Below, one piece after another: positions 35,691 to 45,063 of a stretch of 64,000 nucleotides of DNA (the first letter of the stretch is position 1; each line of letters starts with the position of its first letter). The notes below the pieces were generated by a model. It searched no databases. It had not been told where the DNA came from and worked only from the letters and a program-made list of their open reading frames with translations. The DNA comes from Armatimonadota bacterium (GTDB taxonomy: Bacteria > Bacillota > Desulfotomaculia > Desulfotomaculales > Nap2-2B). The stretch is from NCBI GenBank assembly GCA_023511535.1, contig JAIMBK010000003.1, forward strand, positions 25,471 through 89,470, given 5' to 3'. A program made the translations under genes and the position numbers.

Positions 35691-35738
35691 AAAAAGGGCG
35701 TTTTTGCGGTAACTTTACAGTGAAAGGAGGAAAAGAAA

Positions 35739-36032
35739 ATGGCCATTGTCGAAGTAAACGTCACCCCTTTGGGCACCGGCCGGCCGAACATCAGCAGTTA
35801 CATTGCCAGTTGCTGCGACATAATTAAAAAAGAAGAAGGGATCAGATACCAGGTTACCCCGATGTCCACCGTGATCGAGGGAGACCTGGACCGGGTGCTG
35901 GAGGTGGTCAAAAAAATCCACCGCGTGCCCTTTCATAACGGCGTGCAGCGCGTACTGACCTCCCTGACCATTGACGAGCGCACGGACAGGGAAGATTCGA
36001 TGGAAGCCATGGTGCAATCCGTCGTTACTTAA
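35739..36032 (+). CDS. MTH1187/YkoF-family (DUF77) small protein
   Basis: 97 aa. VEVNVTPLGTG...MSTVIEGDLD is typical of the family. Confidence 0.75.
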   Translation: MAIVEVNVTPLGTGRPNISSYIASCCDIIKKEEGIRYQVTPMSTVIEGDLDRVLEVVKKIHRVPFHNGVQRVLTSLTIDERTDREDSMEAMVQSVVT

Positions 36033-36187
36033 GCCCCGGGGGACACAGTGAACAAAAGAAGATCCGGGGTAGACCTCCATGCCGCTTTTCACGCCACCAA
36101 TATGGGATGAAAAAGTTCTTTTGTTGATGAGAGAAGCTGCCCTCTGTGCCCTCTATGGCTTAAAACTTTGCAAAGGAGGAAACCGTT

Positions 36188-37219
36188 TTGCCCGAATGGA
36201 GAAGGGATCCGGTGGTTGACCGCTGGGTGGCCATTGCTACCGAGCGGGGCAAGCGGCCGTCCGATTTTAGATGCGTGGTGCACGAGCGGAACGATACCGC
36301 CTGCCCCTTGTGTGCCGGCTGTGAGGAGCATACCCCGCCCGAAGTCATGGCTTTTCGCCGGGCCGGCACCCCGAAGGACGCGCCGGGCTGGTGGGTGCGG
36401 GTGGTGCCGAACAAATTTCCGGCGGTAAAAATCGAAGAGGGCCAGGAAGTCTTCCACCGGGGCATCTACGAAGTCAGGGAAGGTTTGGGAGCCCACGAAG
36501 TGGTGGTGGAGGTGCCCCAGCACGTTGACAACCTTGACGTCCAGAGCGAAAAACAGGTCGCCGAAGTCCTGTGGGCCTGGCGGGAACGATCCCTGGATCT
36601 CCGCCGGGACACCCGGTTTAAATATATCCAGATCTTTAAAAATTACGGCAGTACGGCGGGGGCGTCCCTGGAGCACGCCCATTCCCAGATCATCGCCACG
36701 CCCATGGTGCCCGCCGAAGTCCGGAACGAGCTGGAAGGCTTTCACCGCTACGCCCGGGCTGCGGGCAGGTGTATTTTTTGCGATCTGGTCGCCCAGGAAG
36801 CGGCTGAGCGCGAGCGCCTGGTGATCCAGGAAAAGCATTTTCTGGCCCTGGCCCCTTTTGCTTCCCGGTTTCCATTTGAATTGTGGATCGTCCCCACCGA
36901 ACACCAGCACGATTTTGCGCAGATCCGCGAAGGGCAGATCCGGGAACTGGCCCGGATGCTGCGGGCCTGCCTGCGCAAGTTGTCCGTGCTGCTCTACGAT
37001 CCGCCGTACAACCTTGTGCTGCACACTTCGCCGGTGAACGAACCGGAGGTTGAACAATACCACTGGCACCTGGAAATTCTGCCCCGTTTAACCGTGATTG
37101 CCGGCTTTGAGCTGGGCACCGGCTACTACATCAATCCCACCCCGCCGGAACTGGCCGCCCGGTACTTGCGGGAAACGGAGGCGCACTTTGAAGAAATGCC
37201 GTACAGGGGGGTAGGGTAA
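36188..37219 (+). CDS. GalT-like HIT-superfamily nucleotidyltransferase (hexose-1-phosphate uridylyltransferase / ADP-glucose phosphorylase-like)
   Basis: Zn site CPLCAGCEEHTP, active-site EHAHSQIIA (HxHxQ). TTG start after AAGGAGG. Stop lies 3 nt before glgA. Confidence 0.8.
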   Translation: MPEWRRDPVVDRWVAIATERGKRPSDFRCVVHERNDTACPLCAGCEEHTPPEVMAFRRAGTPKDAPGWWVRVVPNKFPAVKIEEGQEVFHRGIYEVREGLGAHEVVVEVPQHVDNLDVQSEKQVAEVLWAWRERSLDLRRDTRFKYIQIFKNYGSTAGASLEHAHSQIIATPMVPAEVRNELEGFHRYARAAGRCIFCDLVAQEAAERERLVIQEKHFLALAPFASRFPFELWIVPTEHQHDFAQIREGQIRELARMLRACLRKLSVLLYDPPYNLVLHTSPVNEPEVEQYHWHLEILPRLTVIAGFELGTGYYINPTPPELAARYLRETEAHFEEMPYRGVG

Positions 37220-37222
37220 AAA

Positions 37223-38716
37223 ATGTTTGACCGTCCGCTCAAAATCTTGCTGGTTTCGGCGGAAGTGGTGCCGTTTGCCAAAACGGGCGGCCTGGCCGAC
37301 GTGGCCGGTTCCCTGCCGAAAGCCCTGGCCACCGTGGGCAACGATCACGCCGGCAACGACGTCCGGGTGACCCTCCCCCATTACAAAGGGATCGAGGGGG
37401 CGCGGTACCGGATGGATTTCCCGGTCTTATTTAAAAACCGGGCGGAAACCGCCATCATTCGCGAAGCCGGCTTAGAAGCCCAGTATCGGGGTGAACACCG
37501 CCTGGTCCCGGTTTACCTGGTGGATAATCACCATTATTTTTACCGGGACGGCATGTACATGTTTGAAGATGAAGCGGAGCGCTTCGCCTTTTTCTGCCGG
37601 GCGGTGCTGGAGATGCTGCCCCGGCTGAACTGGCAGCCGGACGTCATTCACTGCAACGACTGGCAGGCCGGACCGATTCCTTTCTTTTTAAAGGTGCGCT
37701 ACCGCCACGATTCTTTTTACAATAAAATGGCCACCGTGTTTACTATCCACAACCTGCAGTACCAGGGTAATTTCCCCCAAGAAACCCTCTCTCTTTTGGG
37801 TGTGGGCGAAGATTACTTTACCCCGGAATTGCTGGAATTTTACGGAACAGTCAGCTTTATTAAAATGGGCATTTTATTTGCCGACGTGGTCAGCACCGTC
37901 AGCCGGACCTACGCCGAAGAAATCCAGCGGCCGGAAACGGGTGAGCGCCTGGACGGCCTTTTGCGGATGCGCGCGGCGGATCTATACGGCATCGTGAACG
38001 GTATTAATTATCACGAGTTTAACCCCCGGACGGACCCCCGCATCCACCGCAATTACGACCGGGATTCCCTGGAAAATAAGCGGGAAAACAAATACTCCCT
38101 GCAAAAAGAAATGGGCCTGCCCGTCAAAAACACCCCTGTTGTAGCGATGATTTCCCGCCTGGTGGAGCAAAAGGGCCTCGACCTGGTGGCGCGGATTATT
38201 GATCAATTAATGGAGATGGACCTGCAGTTCGTCCTGTTGGGGACGGGGGACCCGGATTACGAAAAAATTTTTAAGGAAATAAAAAGCAAATATCCCGGCA
38301 AGGCAGGCGTCCACATCGGCTTTAACGCCATCCTGGCCCAGCGCATTTACGCCGGCGCGGACATGTTCCTGATGCCCTCGCGCTTTGAGCCCTGCGGGCT
38401 GGGCCAGTTGATCGCCATGCGCTACGGGACCATTCCCATCGTCCGCGCCGTGGGCGGCCTGGCGGACACCGTCCACGATTTTAACCCCGTCACGGGTTCC
38501 GGCAACGGCTTTGTCTTCTCCGAATACAGTGAAGAAGCACTGCTGCACGCCGTGAAACGGGCGCTGGCCCTCTACCGCGACGACCCCGGCCAGTGGCAAA
38601 AACTCGTCCGCCACGCGATGGAAATCGACTATTCCTGGGCGCGCTCGGCGGTGGAATACCTGCAGCTATACCAGGAAGCGCTGGCCAGACACACGCAGAA
38701 GGCGAAAATAGCTTAA
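37223..38716 (+). CDS. glgA: Glycogen synthase (ADP-glucose type)
   Basis: N-terminus ILLVSAEVVPFAKTGGLADV and C-terminal GT1 motifs (PSRFEPCGL). Confidence 0.95.
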   Translation: MFDRPLKILLVSAEVVPFAKTGGLADVAGSLPKALATVGNDHAGNDVRVTLPHYKGIEGARYRMDFPVLFKNRAETAIIREAGLEAQYRGEHRLVPVYLVDNHHYFYRDGMYMFEDEAERFAFFCRAVLEMLPRLNWQPDVIHCNDWQAGPIPFFLKVRYRHDSFYNKMATVFTIHNLQYQGNFPQETLSLLGVGEDYFTPELLEFYGTVSFIKMGILFADVVSTVSRTYAEEIQRPETGERLDGLLRMRAADLYGIVNGINYHEFNPRTDPRIHRNYDRDSLENKRENKYSLQKEMGLPVKNTPVVAMISRLVEQKGLDLVARIIDQLMEMDLQFVLLGTGDPDYEKIFKEIKSKYPGKAGVHIGFNAILAQRIYAGADMFLMPSRFEPCGLGQLIAMRYGTIPIVRAVGGLADTVHDFNPVTGSGNGFVFSEYSEEALLHAVKRALALYRDDPGQWQKLVRHAMEIDYSWARSAVEYLQLYQEALARHTQKAKIA

Positions 38717-39120
38717 GGGCAGCGATGACCAAACAAGCGACGGGCACCGGAAAATAATTTGGAGCAAAAGCAGGAATTTAACAAGAATCGAAGAAAAAGT
38801 AGATTATTAACCGGATGTTCTAATAATGCGCATGGGAACCGGCCGGCAGTGAAGGGGGTGAACTTTTCTCAATCATGACCATGTGCACTTTTTCCCCGGG
38901 CAGCCTGAAACGCCGCCAAAAGTCTTTGCTCCGGCCCGCCGGCCGCCGGCAATCCGGAAATCCGGGATGGGCATAGGGAATCCTTGTGCCGGCTATTCTT
39001 TTCATCAGTAAGTTAAATAAATCCGGGATAGGCAGGGACAAGGCTGCTAAAAAAGCTTTTTCAGGCGCCCGGCCTGATTTATTGCCGGAACCATGGTTTC
39101 AGAAAAAAGGGGGAGAAGAG

Positions 39121-39891
39121 ATGAAAATCATCGTCCTGATGAAGCAAACCTTCGACACCGAGGCCAAGATCACCCTCGACGGCCAGGGCAAGATCAACCG
39201 GCAGGGGGTCAACCTGATCATCAACCCCTACGACGAATTTGCCGTGGAAGAAGCCCTGCGCATCAAAGAAAAACACGGAGGAGAGGTTGTTTTAGTGAGC
39301 GTCGGCGCTGATTCCGTCCAGGAAGCCCTGCGCCAGGCCCTGGCCATGGGCGCCGACCGGGCGGTGCTGATCAACCCGGAGATGGAAGAAGTGGACGAAT
39401 TTACCACCGCCACCATCCTCGCCAGGGCCGTGTCCGGTCTGGGGTATGACCTGATCCTGGGCGGCTGGCGGGCCATTGACGACGGCAGCGCCCAGGTGGC
39501 GGGCCGCGTGGCGGAAATCTTGGACCTCCCCGTGGTCAACCAGGTCACCAAAATCGAAATTGAAGCCGGCAAAGCGGTCGCCACCCGCGACATTGAAGGC
39601 GGGAACGAGGTGGTGGAAGTTTCCTTGCCGGCCGTTTTGACCGCTCAAAAGGGCTTAAACGAGCCGCGTTACCCGACCATGAAAGGGATCATGCAGGCCA
39701 AAAAGAAGCCGATGGAGAAAAAGAATCTGGCCGACCTGGGCTTGAGCGCCGACCAGGCGGCCCCCAAAGTGAAGGTGCTGGAGTACTTCCTGCCCAAGCC
39801 CCGGGCCGCCGGCAAAATTCTCGAAGGCGAAGTTCCCGAAGCAGTGGCCGCTCTGGTCAAAGCCTTACGCGAAGAAGCCAAGGTTATCTAA
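39121..39891 (+). CDS. etfB: Electron transfer flavoprotein subunit beta
   Basis: MKIIVLMKQTFDTEAKI... The ORF-track start 38986 is an upstream extension. ATG 39121 follows GGGGGAGAAGAG. Confidence 0.9.
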   Translation: MKIIVLMKQTFDTEAKITLDGQGKINRQGVNLIINPYDEFAVEEALRIKEKHGGEVVLVSVGADSVQEALRQALAMGADRAVLINPEMEEVDEFTTATILARAVSGLGYDLILGGWRAIDDGSAQVAGRVAEILDLPVVNQVTKIEIEAGKAVATRDIEGGNEVVEVSLPAVLTAQKGLNEPRYPTMKGIMQAKKKPMEKKNLADLGLSADQAAPKVKVLEYFLPKPRAAGKILEGEVPEAVAALVKALREEAKVI

Positions 39892-39907
39892 AAAGGAGGA
39901 AGGGCAA

Positions 39908-40894
39908 GTGGCGAAAGGAATCTGGGTTTACGCGGAAGTCCGCGACAACAAAATTAAAAAAGTTACCTGCGAAATTTTAAGCGCCGGGCGCAAGTTTGCC
40001 GACCAGCTGGGCGAAGAACTGTGTGCCGTCCTGGTGGGCAAGGGCTTGGCGGAACTGGCCCCGGGCCTGGGCGCCTACGGGGCCGATAAAGTGTACGTCA
40101 TCGAGGGGGACCGGCTGGAAAACTACACCACCGACGGCTACACCAAAGTGGTCGCCGATCTGATTAAGGAGCACCAGCCCTCCGCCTTCCTCCTCGGCTG
40201 CACCATCCGCGGCCGGGACCTGGCCGCCCAGGTGGCCCAGCGGCTGAACACGGGCCTGCTGACCGACTGCACGGACATCGCCTTAGAAGACGGCCGGCTG
40301 GTCTTCACCCGGCCGATTTACGCCGGCAAAGCCTTTGTCAGAGCATACTGCCCGGAGGCCCGGCCGGTAATGGCCACCATCCGGCCGAACGTCCTGCCCG
40401 TGGACGCTCCCCAGGAGGGCAGAACCGCCGAAGTTGTTCCGGTAAGCGCCGATCCCGGCGACCTCCGGCAGGTCATCCGGGAGGTCGTCCGCCAGGTCAG
40501 CACCCGTCCCGAGCTTACCGAGGCGGACATCATCGTTTCCGGCGGCCGCGGCATGAAGGGCCCTGAAAACTTCAAGATTTTAGAAGAACTGGCCGACGTT
40601 TTAGGCGCCGCCGTTGGTGCTTCCCGGGCCGCTGTAGACGCCGGCTGGGCCCCGCACAGCATGCAGGTGGGCCAGACGGGCAAAACCGTGTCCCCCACCA
40701 TCTACATCGCCTGCGGGATCTCCGGGGCCATCCAGCACCTGGCCGGGATGGGCTCTTCCAAGTGCATCGTGGCCATCAACAAAGACCCGGAGGCCAATAT
40801 CTTTAAAGTGGCCACCTACGGCATCGTGGCCGATCTGTTCCAGGCCGTGCCCTTGCTGACGGAGGAGTTTAAGAAGCTGCTGGCGTCATCGTAA
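39908..40894 (+). CDS. etfA: Electron transfer flavoprotein subunit alpha
   Basis: GTG after AAAGGAGGAAGGG. FAD-binding C-terminus ([17 protein letters not shown]). Confidence 0.9.
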   Translation: MAKGIWVYAEVRDNKIKKVTCEILSAGRKFADQLGEELCAVLVGKGLAELAPGLGAYGADKVYVIEGDRLENYTTDGYTKVVADLIKEHQPSAFLLGCTIRGRDLAAQVAQRLNTGLLTDCTDIALEDGRLVFTRPIYAGKAFVRAYCPEARPVMATIRPNVLPVDAPQEGRTAEVVPVSADPGDLRQVIREVVRQVSTRPELTEADIIVSGGRGMKGPENFKILEELADVLGAAVGASRAAVDAGWAPHSMQVGQTGKTVSPTIYIACGISGAIQHLAGMGSSKCIVAINKDPEANIFKVATYGIVADLFQAVPLLTEEFKKLLASS

Positions 40895-40900
40895 AAAGAG

Positions 40901-41140
40901 GTACAAAGGACAAAAAAGAAAGGCACAGAGGCACAAAGGCACAAAGAAAGAAAGGAATCAAGGGATTAAAGGGCCAGCGGCACAAGGGCACAGAGGAGTA
41001 GAGGTACTAAAGAATAGAATCAACCCGGTACCTGTTTTTAAACTTTGTGCCTTAGTGCCTGGTTAACTTTCCAATCTATATACCTCAGTGCTTAAACTAA
41101 CTTCTTAACCTTTGTGCTTTTGTGCCTGCTCAACTTTGTG
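40901..41140. repeat. Largest GGCACAAAG / CTTTGTGCC inverted-repeat cluster (copy K3)
   Basis: The left half has at least 6 GTACAAAG/GGCACAGAG/GGCACAAAG-type units. The right half has at least 5 CTTTGTGCC/CTTAGTGCC/CTTTTGTGCC-type units. It fills the etfA-thiolase spacer. Confidence 0.85.
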
Positions 41141-41219
41141 TTTCCCAAGACGTAGACCAGATGAGCAAAGCGGCCATTTCAGAGGTTTATTTCTAATGGA
41201 AGGGGGAAAACTTTTCCCG

Positions 41220-42515
41220 ATGCGCGAAGTAGTGATTGTCAGCGGGGCACGAACGGCCATCGGTTCTTTCGGCGGCTCTCTGAAAGACGTTCCGGCGGTT
41301 AAACTGGGGAGCCTGGTGATTAAGGAGGCGCTGAAAAGGGCCGGCTTAAAGCCGAAATCCGGCGAAGAGCTGCTGGGCTTCGGCCCGGATGCACTGAAGG
41401 GCGGCGGCGTGACCGAACTGGAAAAGTCGTTTGCCGATTGGGACGATTCCCTGCGGGAGGTCCAGGTGGACGAGGTGATCATGGGCAACGTCCTCCAGGG
41501 CGGGCAGGGCCAGAACCCGGCCCGTCAGGCGGCGGTTTACGCCGGCGTGCCCAAGGAAACCACCGCATTTACCGTTAACAAGGTCTGCGCTTCCGGGTTA
41601 AAGGCCATTACCCTCGGCGCCCAGGCCATCATGCTGGGGGAAGCGGAGGTAGTGGTGGCCGGCGGCATGGAAAACATGAGCTGCGCTCCCTACCTGCTGC
41701 CCAGGGCCCGCTGGGGCTACCGGATGGACGTCAGCGCCAAAGGGGAATGTGTGGATTTAATGGTTTTTGACGGGCTCTGGGAAATCTTTTACGGCTACCA
41801 CATGGGCAATACGGCCGAAAACATTGCGGCCAGGTACGGAATCACCCGCCGGGAGCAGGATGAAATCGGCCTGCTCAGCCACCAGCGAGCCCGGACGGCG
41901 ATCAAGGAAGGCCTTTTCCAGGAGGAAATCGTGCCCGTGGTTATCCCGCAAAGAAAGGGCGATCCCGTCGTCTTCGCCACCGACGAGCGGCCCATGGATA
42001 CCACCCTGGAAAAAATGGCCAAGCTGCCGCCGGCCTTCCGTAAAGACGGGGTGGTCACGGCGGGTAACTCTTCCGGAATCAACGACGGGGCGGCCGCCGT
42101 GGTCTTAATGTCCCGCCGGAAGGCTGAAGAGCTGGGCCTGGAACCCTGGGTAACCATTAAGGCGTATGCATCCGGCGGCGTGGATCCCGCCTACATGGGC
42201 CTGGGCCCCATTCCGGCGGTCCGGAAGGTTCTGAAAAAAACGGGTCTTTCCGTCGCCGACCTGGACGTCGTCGAGCTGAACGAAGCCTTTGCCGCCCAGG
42301 CCATCGCCTGCCTGCGGGAGCTCGGCTTAAATCTTGACCAGACCAACCCCCTGGGCAGCGGCATTTCCCTGGGGCACCCCATCGGCTGCACCGGCGCCCG
42401 GCTTGTCGTTACCATCATGCACGAAATGAAACGGAAAGGGCACCGTTACGGTCTGGTTACCATGTGTATCGGCGGCGGCCAGGGAATGGCCATGCTGGTG
42501 GAAAGAAAGGTTTAA
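41220..42515 (+). CDS. Acetyl-CoA C-acetyltransferase (thiolase II) with N-terminal-region insert
   Basis: MREVVIVSGARTAIGSFGG, active-site VNKVCASGLKA, C-terminal CIGGGQGMA. Start moved from 41112, which lies in the repeat, to ATG 41220. Confidence 0.9.
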   Translation: MREVVIVSGARTAIGSFGGSLKDVPAVKLGSLVIKEALKRAGLKPKSGEELLGFGPDALKGGGVTELEKSFADWDDSLREVQVDEVIMGNVLQGGQGQNPARQAAVYAGVPKETTAFTVNKVCASGLKAITLGAQAIMLGEAEVVVAGGMENMSCAPYLLPRARWGYRMDVSAKGECVDLMVFDGLWEIFYGYHMGNTAENIAARYGITRREQDEIGLLSHQRARTAIKEGLFQEEIVPVVIPQRKGDPVVFATDERPMDTTLEKMAKLPPAFRKDGVVTAGNSSGINDGAAAVVLMSRRKAEELGLEPWVTIKAYASGGVDPAYMGLGPIPAVRKVLKKTGLSVADLDVVELNEAFAAQAIACLRELGLNLDQTNPLGSGISLGHPIGCTGARLVVTIMHEMKRKGHRYGLVTMCIGGGQGMAMLVERKV

Positions 42516-42531
42516 AAAGGAGGCGGGTAAA

Positions 42532-43314
42532 GTGACCTGGAACAATATCCTGGTGACGAAAGAGGAAAACATCGCCATCCTCACCATTAACCGGCCGAAA
42601 GTGTTGAATGCTTTAAACTACGACACTGTGATGGAAATCGGCCAGGCCATGGAACAGCTGGAAGCCGACCCGGAGGTGCGGGTGATCATCATCACCGGTG
42701 CCGGTGACCGCGCCTTTGTGGCCGGCGCGGACATCGTCTACATGAGCGGGCTCACCCCCCTTCAGGCAAGGGATTTTGCCCGGAAGGGGCAGTTGGTCTT
42801 AAACAAAATTGAGAACCTGGCCAAACCCGTTATTGCGGCCATTAACGGGTTTGCCCTGGGCGGCGGCTGCGAACTGGCCATGGCGTGCGACATCCGGGTC
42901 GCCTCGGAGAACGCGAAACTGGGCCAGCCGGAAGTAAACCTGGGCATAATGGCCGGCTTTGGCGGAACCCAGCGCCTGACCCGCCTGGTGAACCCCGGGT
43001 GGGCGAAGGAAATCCTCTTTACCGCGGACCAATACGACGCCCAAACCGCCCTGAGCATCGGTCTGGTCAACCACGTGGTGCCGGCGGACCAGCTGCTGGA
43101 TTTCTGCCGGGATCTGGCCAGGCGCATCGCCCGGCGCGGACCCGTGGCCGTGCGCCTGACTAAAGAAGCAGTAAACGAGGGGCTGGAAATGGACCTGGAC
43201 AAGGCCCTGGCCCACGAGGCGGATCTCTTCGGCGTGCTGTTTTCTACCGAAGACAGGAAAGAAGGAATCGCCGCCTTCATGGAAAAGCGCAAACCGGAGT
43301 TTCAAGGAAAATAA
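42532..43314 (+). CDS. Enoyl-CoA hydratase (crotonase family)
   Basis: 260 aa, GAGDRAFVAGADI and GFALGGGCELAMACD motifs. GTG after AAAAGGAGG. Confidence 0.9.
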   Translation: MTWNNILVTKEENIAILTINRPKVLNALNYDTVMEIGQAMEQLEADPEVRVIIITGAGDRAFVAGADIVYMSGLTPLQARDFARKGQLVLNKIENLAKPVIAAINGFALGGGCELAMACDIRVASENAKLGQPEVNLGIMAGFGGTQRLTRLVNPGWAKEILFTADQYDAQTALSIGLVNHVVPADQLLDFCRDLARRIARRGPVAVRLTKEAVNEGLEMDLDKALAHEADLFGVLFSTEDRKEGIAAFMEKRKPEFQGK

Positions 43315-43495
43315 TAATCGCCCCGGCACAGGCCGCGTTTTAAGCGCTGACTGCAGCGGCAAGTTTTTTGTATTGACTGCATGTCGCAAAATTGACACCT
43401 TATCTGTCGTTCAGCCGACAGACGGAGTCAAGCAGAACTGGCATAATAAAGATGAGCCTGATTAACTGAATATATCCTATACCTCCTTTTCCCGG

Positions 43496-43521
43496 GTCCT
43501 GCTTTTACGGCAGGACTTTTT
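43496..43521 (+). terminator. Intrinsic terminator about 180 nt downstream of the crotonase gene
   Basis: GTCCTGC (43496-43502) / GCAGGAC (43510-43516) plus T5. Confidence 0.7.
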
Positions 43522-43593
43522 GCTATTCCTGATTCACTTTTTCCGCGTACTTGTGTTATAATTGAAAGAAAAATGCGAGGAGGTCCCGGTCTG

Positions 43594-44226
43594 ATGTTTA
43601 TCAGGGATCACATGACCCCAAACCCCGTTACCATTCCCTCCAACACGCCCATTTTAGAGGCGATGGACATCTTGAAGAAGCAAAAAATCAGGCAGCTTCC
43701 AGTTGTCGATAATGGCGTTTTGGTGGGACTGGTCACCAGGTACGATTTGTTGACGGTTTCACCGTCCCCCGCCACCACGCTGAGCGTCTTTGAAATGAAT
43801 TATCTTCTTTCCAAAATGGTTGTCCGGGAGGTTATGATCAAGAACCCGCCCACGATCAGCCCGGACGCCAGTATCGAAGAAGCGGCCGTGATTATGCGCG
43901 ACCACCAGATCGGCTCCCTTTTAGTGGTCGAGAACGGCAAACTGCTGGGGATCATCACCGAATCGGATTTATTTGAAGCGCTCATTCAGCTTTTCGGTTT
44001 CCGCCGGCCCGGGACCAGAATCGTCATCGAAACGGAAAACCGCGTCGGCGCCCTGGCCGATCTGCTTGACGTCGTGCGGGACCATAACATCAGCGTAATC
44101 GGGATCGCCTGTGTGGAACGGCCGGAAGCAAAGGTCCAGGTGGTCTTAAGATTAAACACGACCGAACCTGCCCCTCTGGTGGACGAATTTAAAGCTAAAG
44201 GCTTTAACGTCCGGTCAATCAGCTGA
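43594..44226 (+). CDS. CBS-pair + ACT domain protein (AcuB-like)
   Basis: Two CBS motifs followed by a C-terminal ACT-like domain. ATG 43594 follows GCGAGGAGG. TGtTATAAT promoter at about 43553. Confidence 0.8.
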   Translation: MFIRDHMTPNPVTIPSNTPILEAMDILKKQKIRQLPVVDNGVLVGLVTRYDLLTVSPSPATTLSVFEMNYLLSKMVVREVMIKNPPTISPDASIEEAAVIMRDHQIGSLLVVENGKLLGIITESDLFEALIQLFGFRRPGTRIVIETENRVGALADLLDVVRDHNISVIGIACVERPEAKVQVVLRLNTTEPAPLVDEFKAKGFNVRSIS

Positions 44227-44385
44227 AAAACGATCCGGATTAAGTAAATCCAGAAGATAAATACATAGGGAATTGGGGAAAAGGGTAAAAGATAAACGTA
44301 GAAAACACTCTCGTAGCCAGTGTTTCTAATAAAGTCTTAACCCTTGATCCCAATTCTTCATTTCTAACGTAAAGGGAGCAATGAA

Positions 44386-45018
44386 ATGGAAACACAGGAA
44401 ACTCAGGTGCTGGCCAGGTACGCCACTATTGCCGTGGATATCGCGACCAGAATCGTCCGCGGGGAATACCGGGAAGGGCAAAAAGTTTTCGGCCGCTCGA
44501 CGCTGGCCGGAAAGTACAGCGTTTCCCCGGAAACCATCCGGAGGGCGCTCACCCTTCTGCAGGAGACAGGCATTGTGCAGGTTGTTCCCGGCGTGGGGGT
44601 GGTGGTCCGGTCGCAGAAGGCGGCGGAAGAGTTTTTGGCGGAGTACGGCCACCGGCAGGTGCTGCGCCACATGCAGCAGAAGCTGCACCACCTGCTGAGA
44701 GAAAGGGACAAAATAAACCTCGAAATCGAAAAGCTCATGAACGAACTTCTCGATTACACCTTTAAAATGGCCGGAAACCTGCAGCGGATCGAGGAAATCA
44801 AGGTTGCCCCCGGCTCGCCCCTGGCGGGCAAGTCCCTAAGGGAAGCAGAGTTTCGCACCAGAACCGGGGCCACTGTGCTTTCCATTTACCGGAACGGTGA
44901 AGAAATTCTGTCCCCCCAGGCGGACACCGTCATCTACAGCGGGGACGTTTTAATTGTTCTGGCCCCGCCTGAGTTAAAGGAGCAGGTTTACGATCTGGTA
45001 AATGGGAAACAGAAGTAA
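44386..45018 (+). CDS. GntR-family wHTH regulator fused to a TrkA-C (RCK_C) ligand-binding domain
   Basis: N-terminal GntR HTH (STLAGKYSVSPETIRRALTLLQETGIV) and C-terminal TrkA_C (GSPLAGKSLREAEFRTRTGATVLSIYRNGE...). Confidence 0.8.
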   Translation: METQETQVLARYATIAVDIATRIVRGEYREGQKVFGRSTLAGKYSVSPETIRRALTLLQETGIVQVVPGVGVVVRSQKAAEEFLAEYGHRQVLRHMQQKLHHLLRERDKINLEIEKLMNELLDYTFKMAGNLQRIEEIKVAPGSPLAGKSLREAEFRTRTGATVLSIYRNGEEILSPQADTVIYSGDVLIVLAPPELKEQVYDLVNGKQK

Positions 45019-45063
45019 AAAGCTCAAAGGGTGCAGCATGTTGCAGAATGTTGGTGATCGCCG

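Noticed and set aside
36089-37069. 326-aa minus-strand ORF
   Set aside because: It is fully antisense to the GalT-like gene, which has clear Zn and HxHxQ motifs, so it is a shadow ORF.
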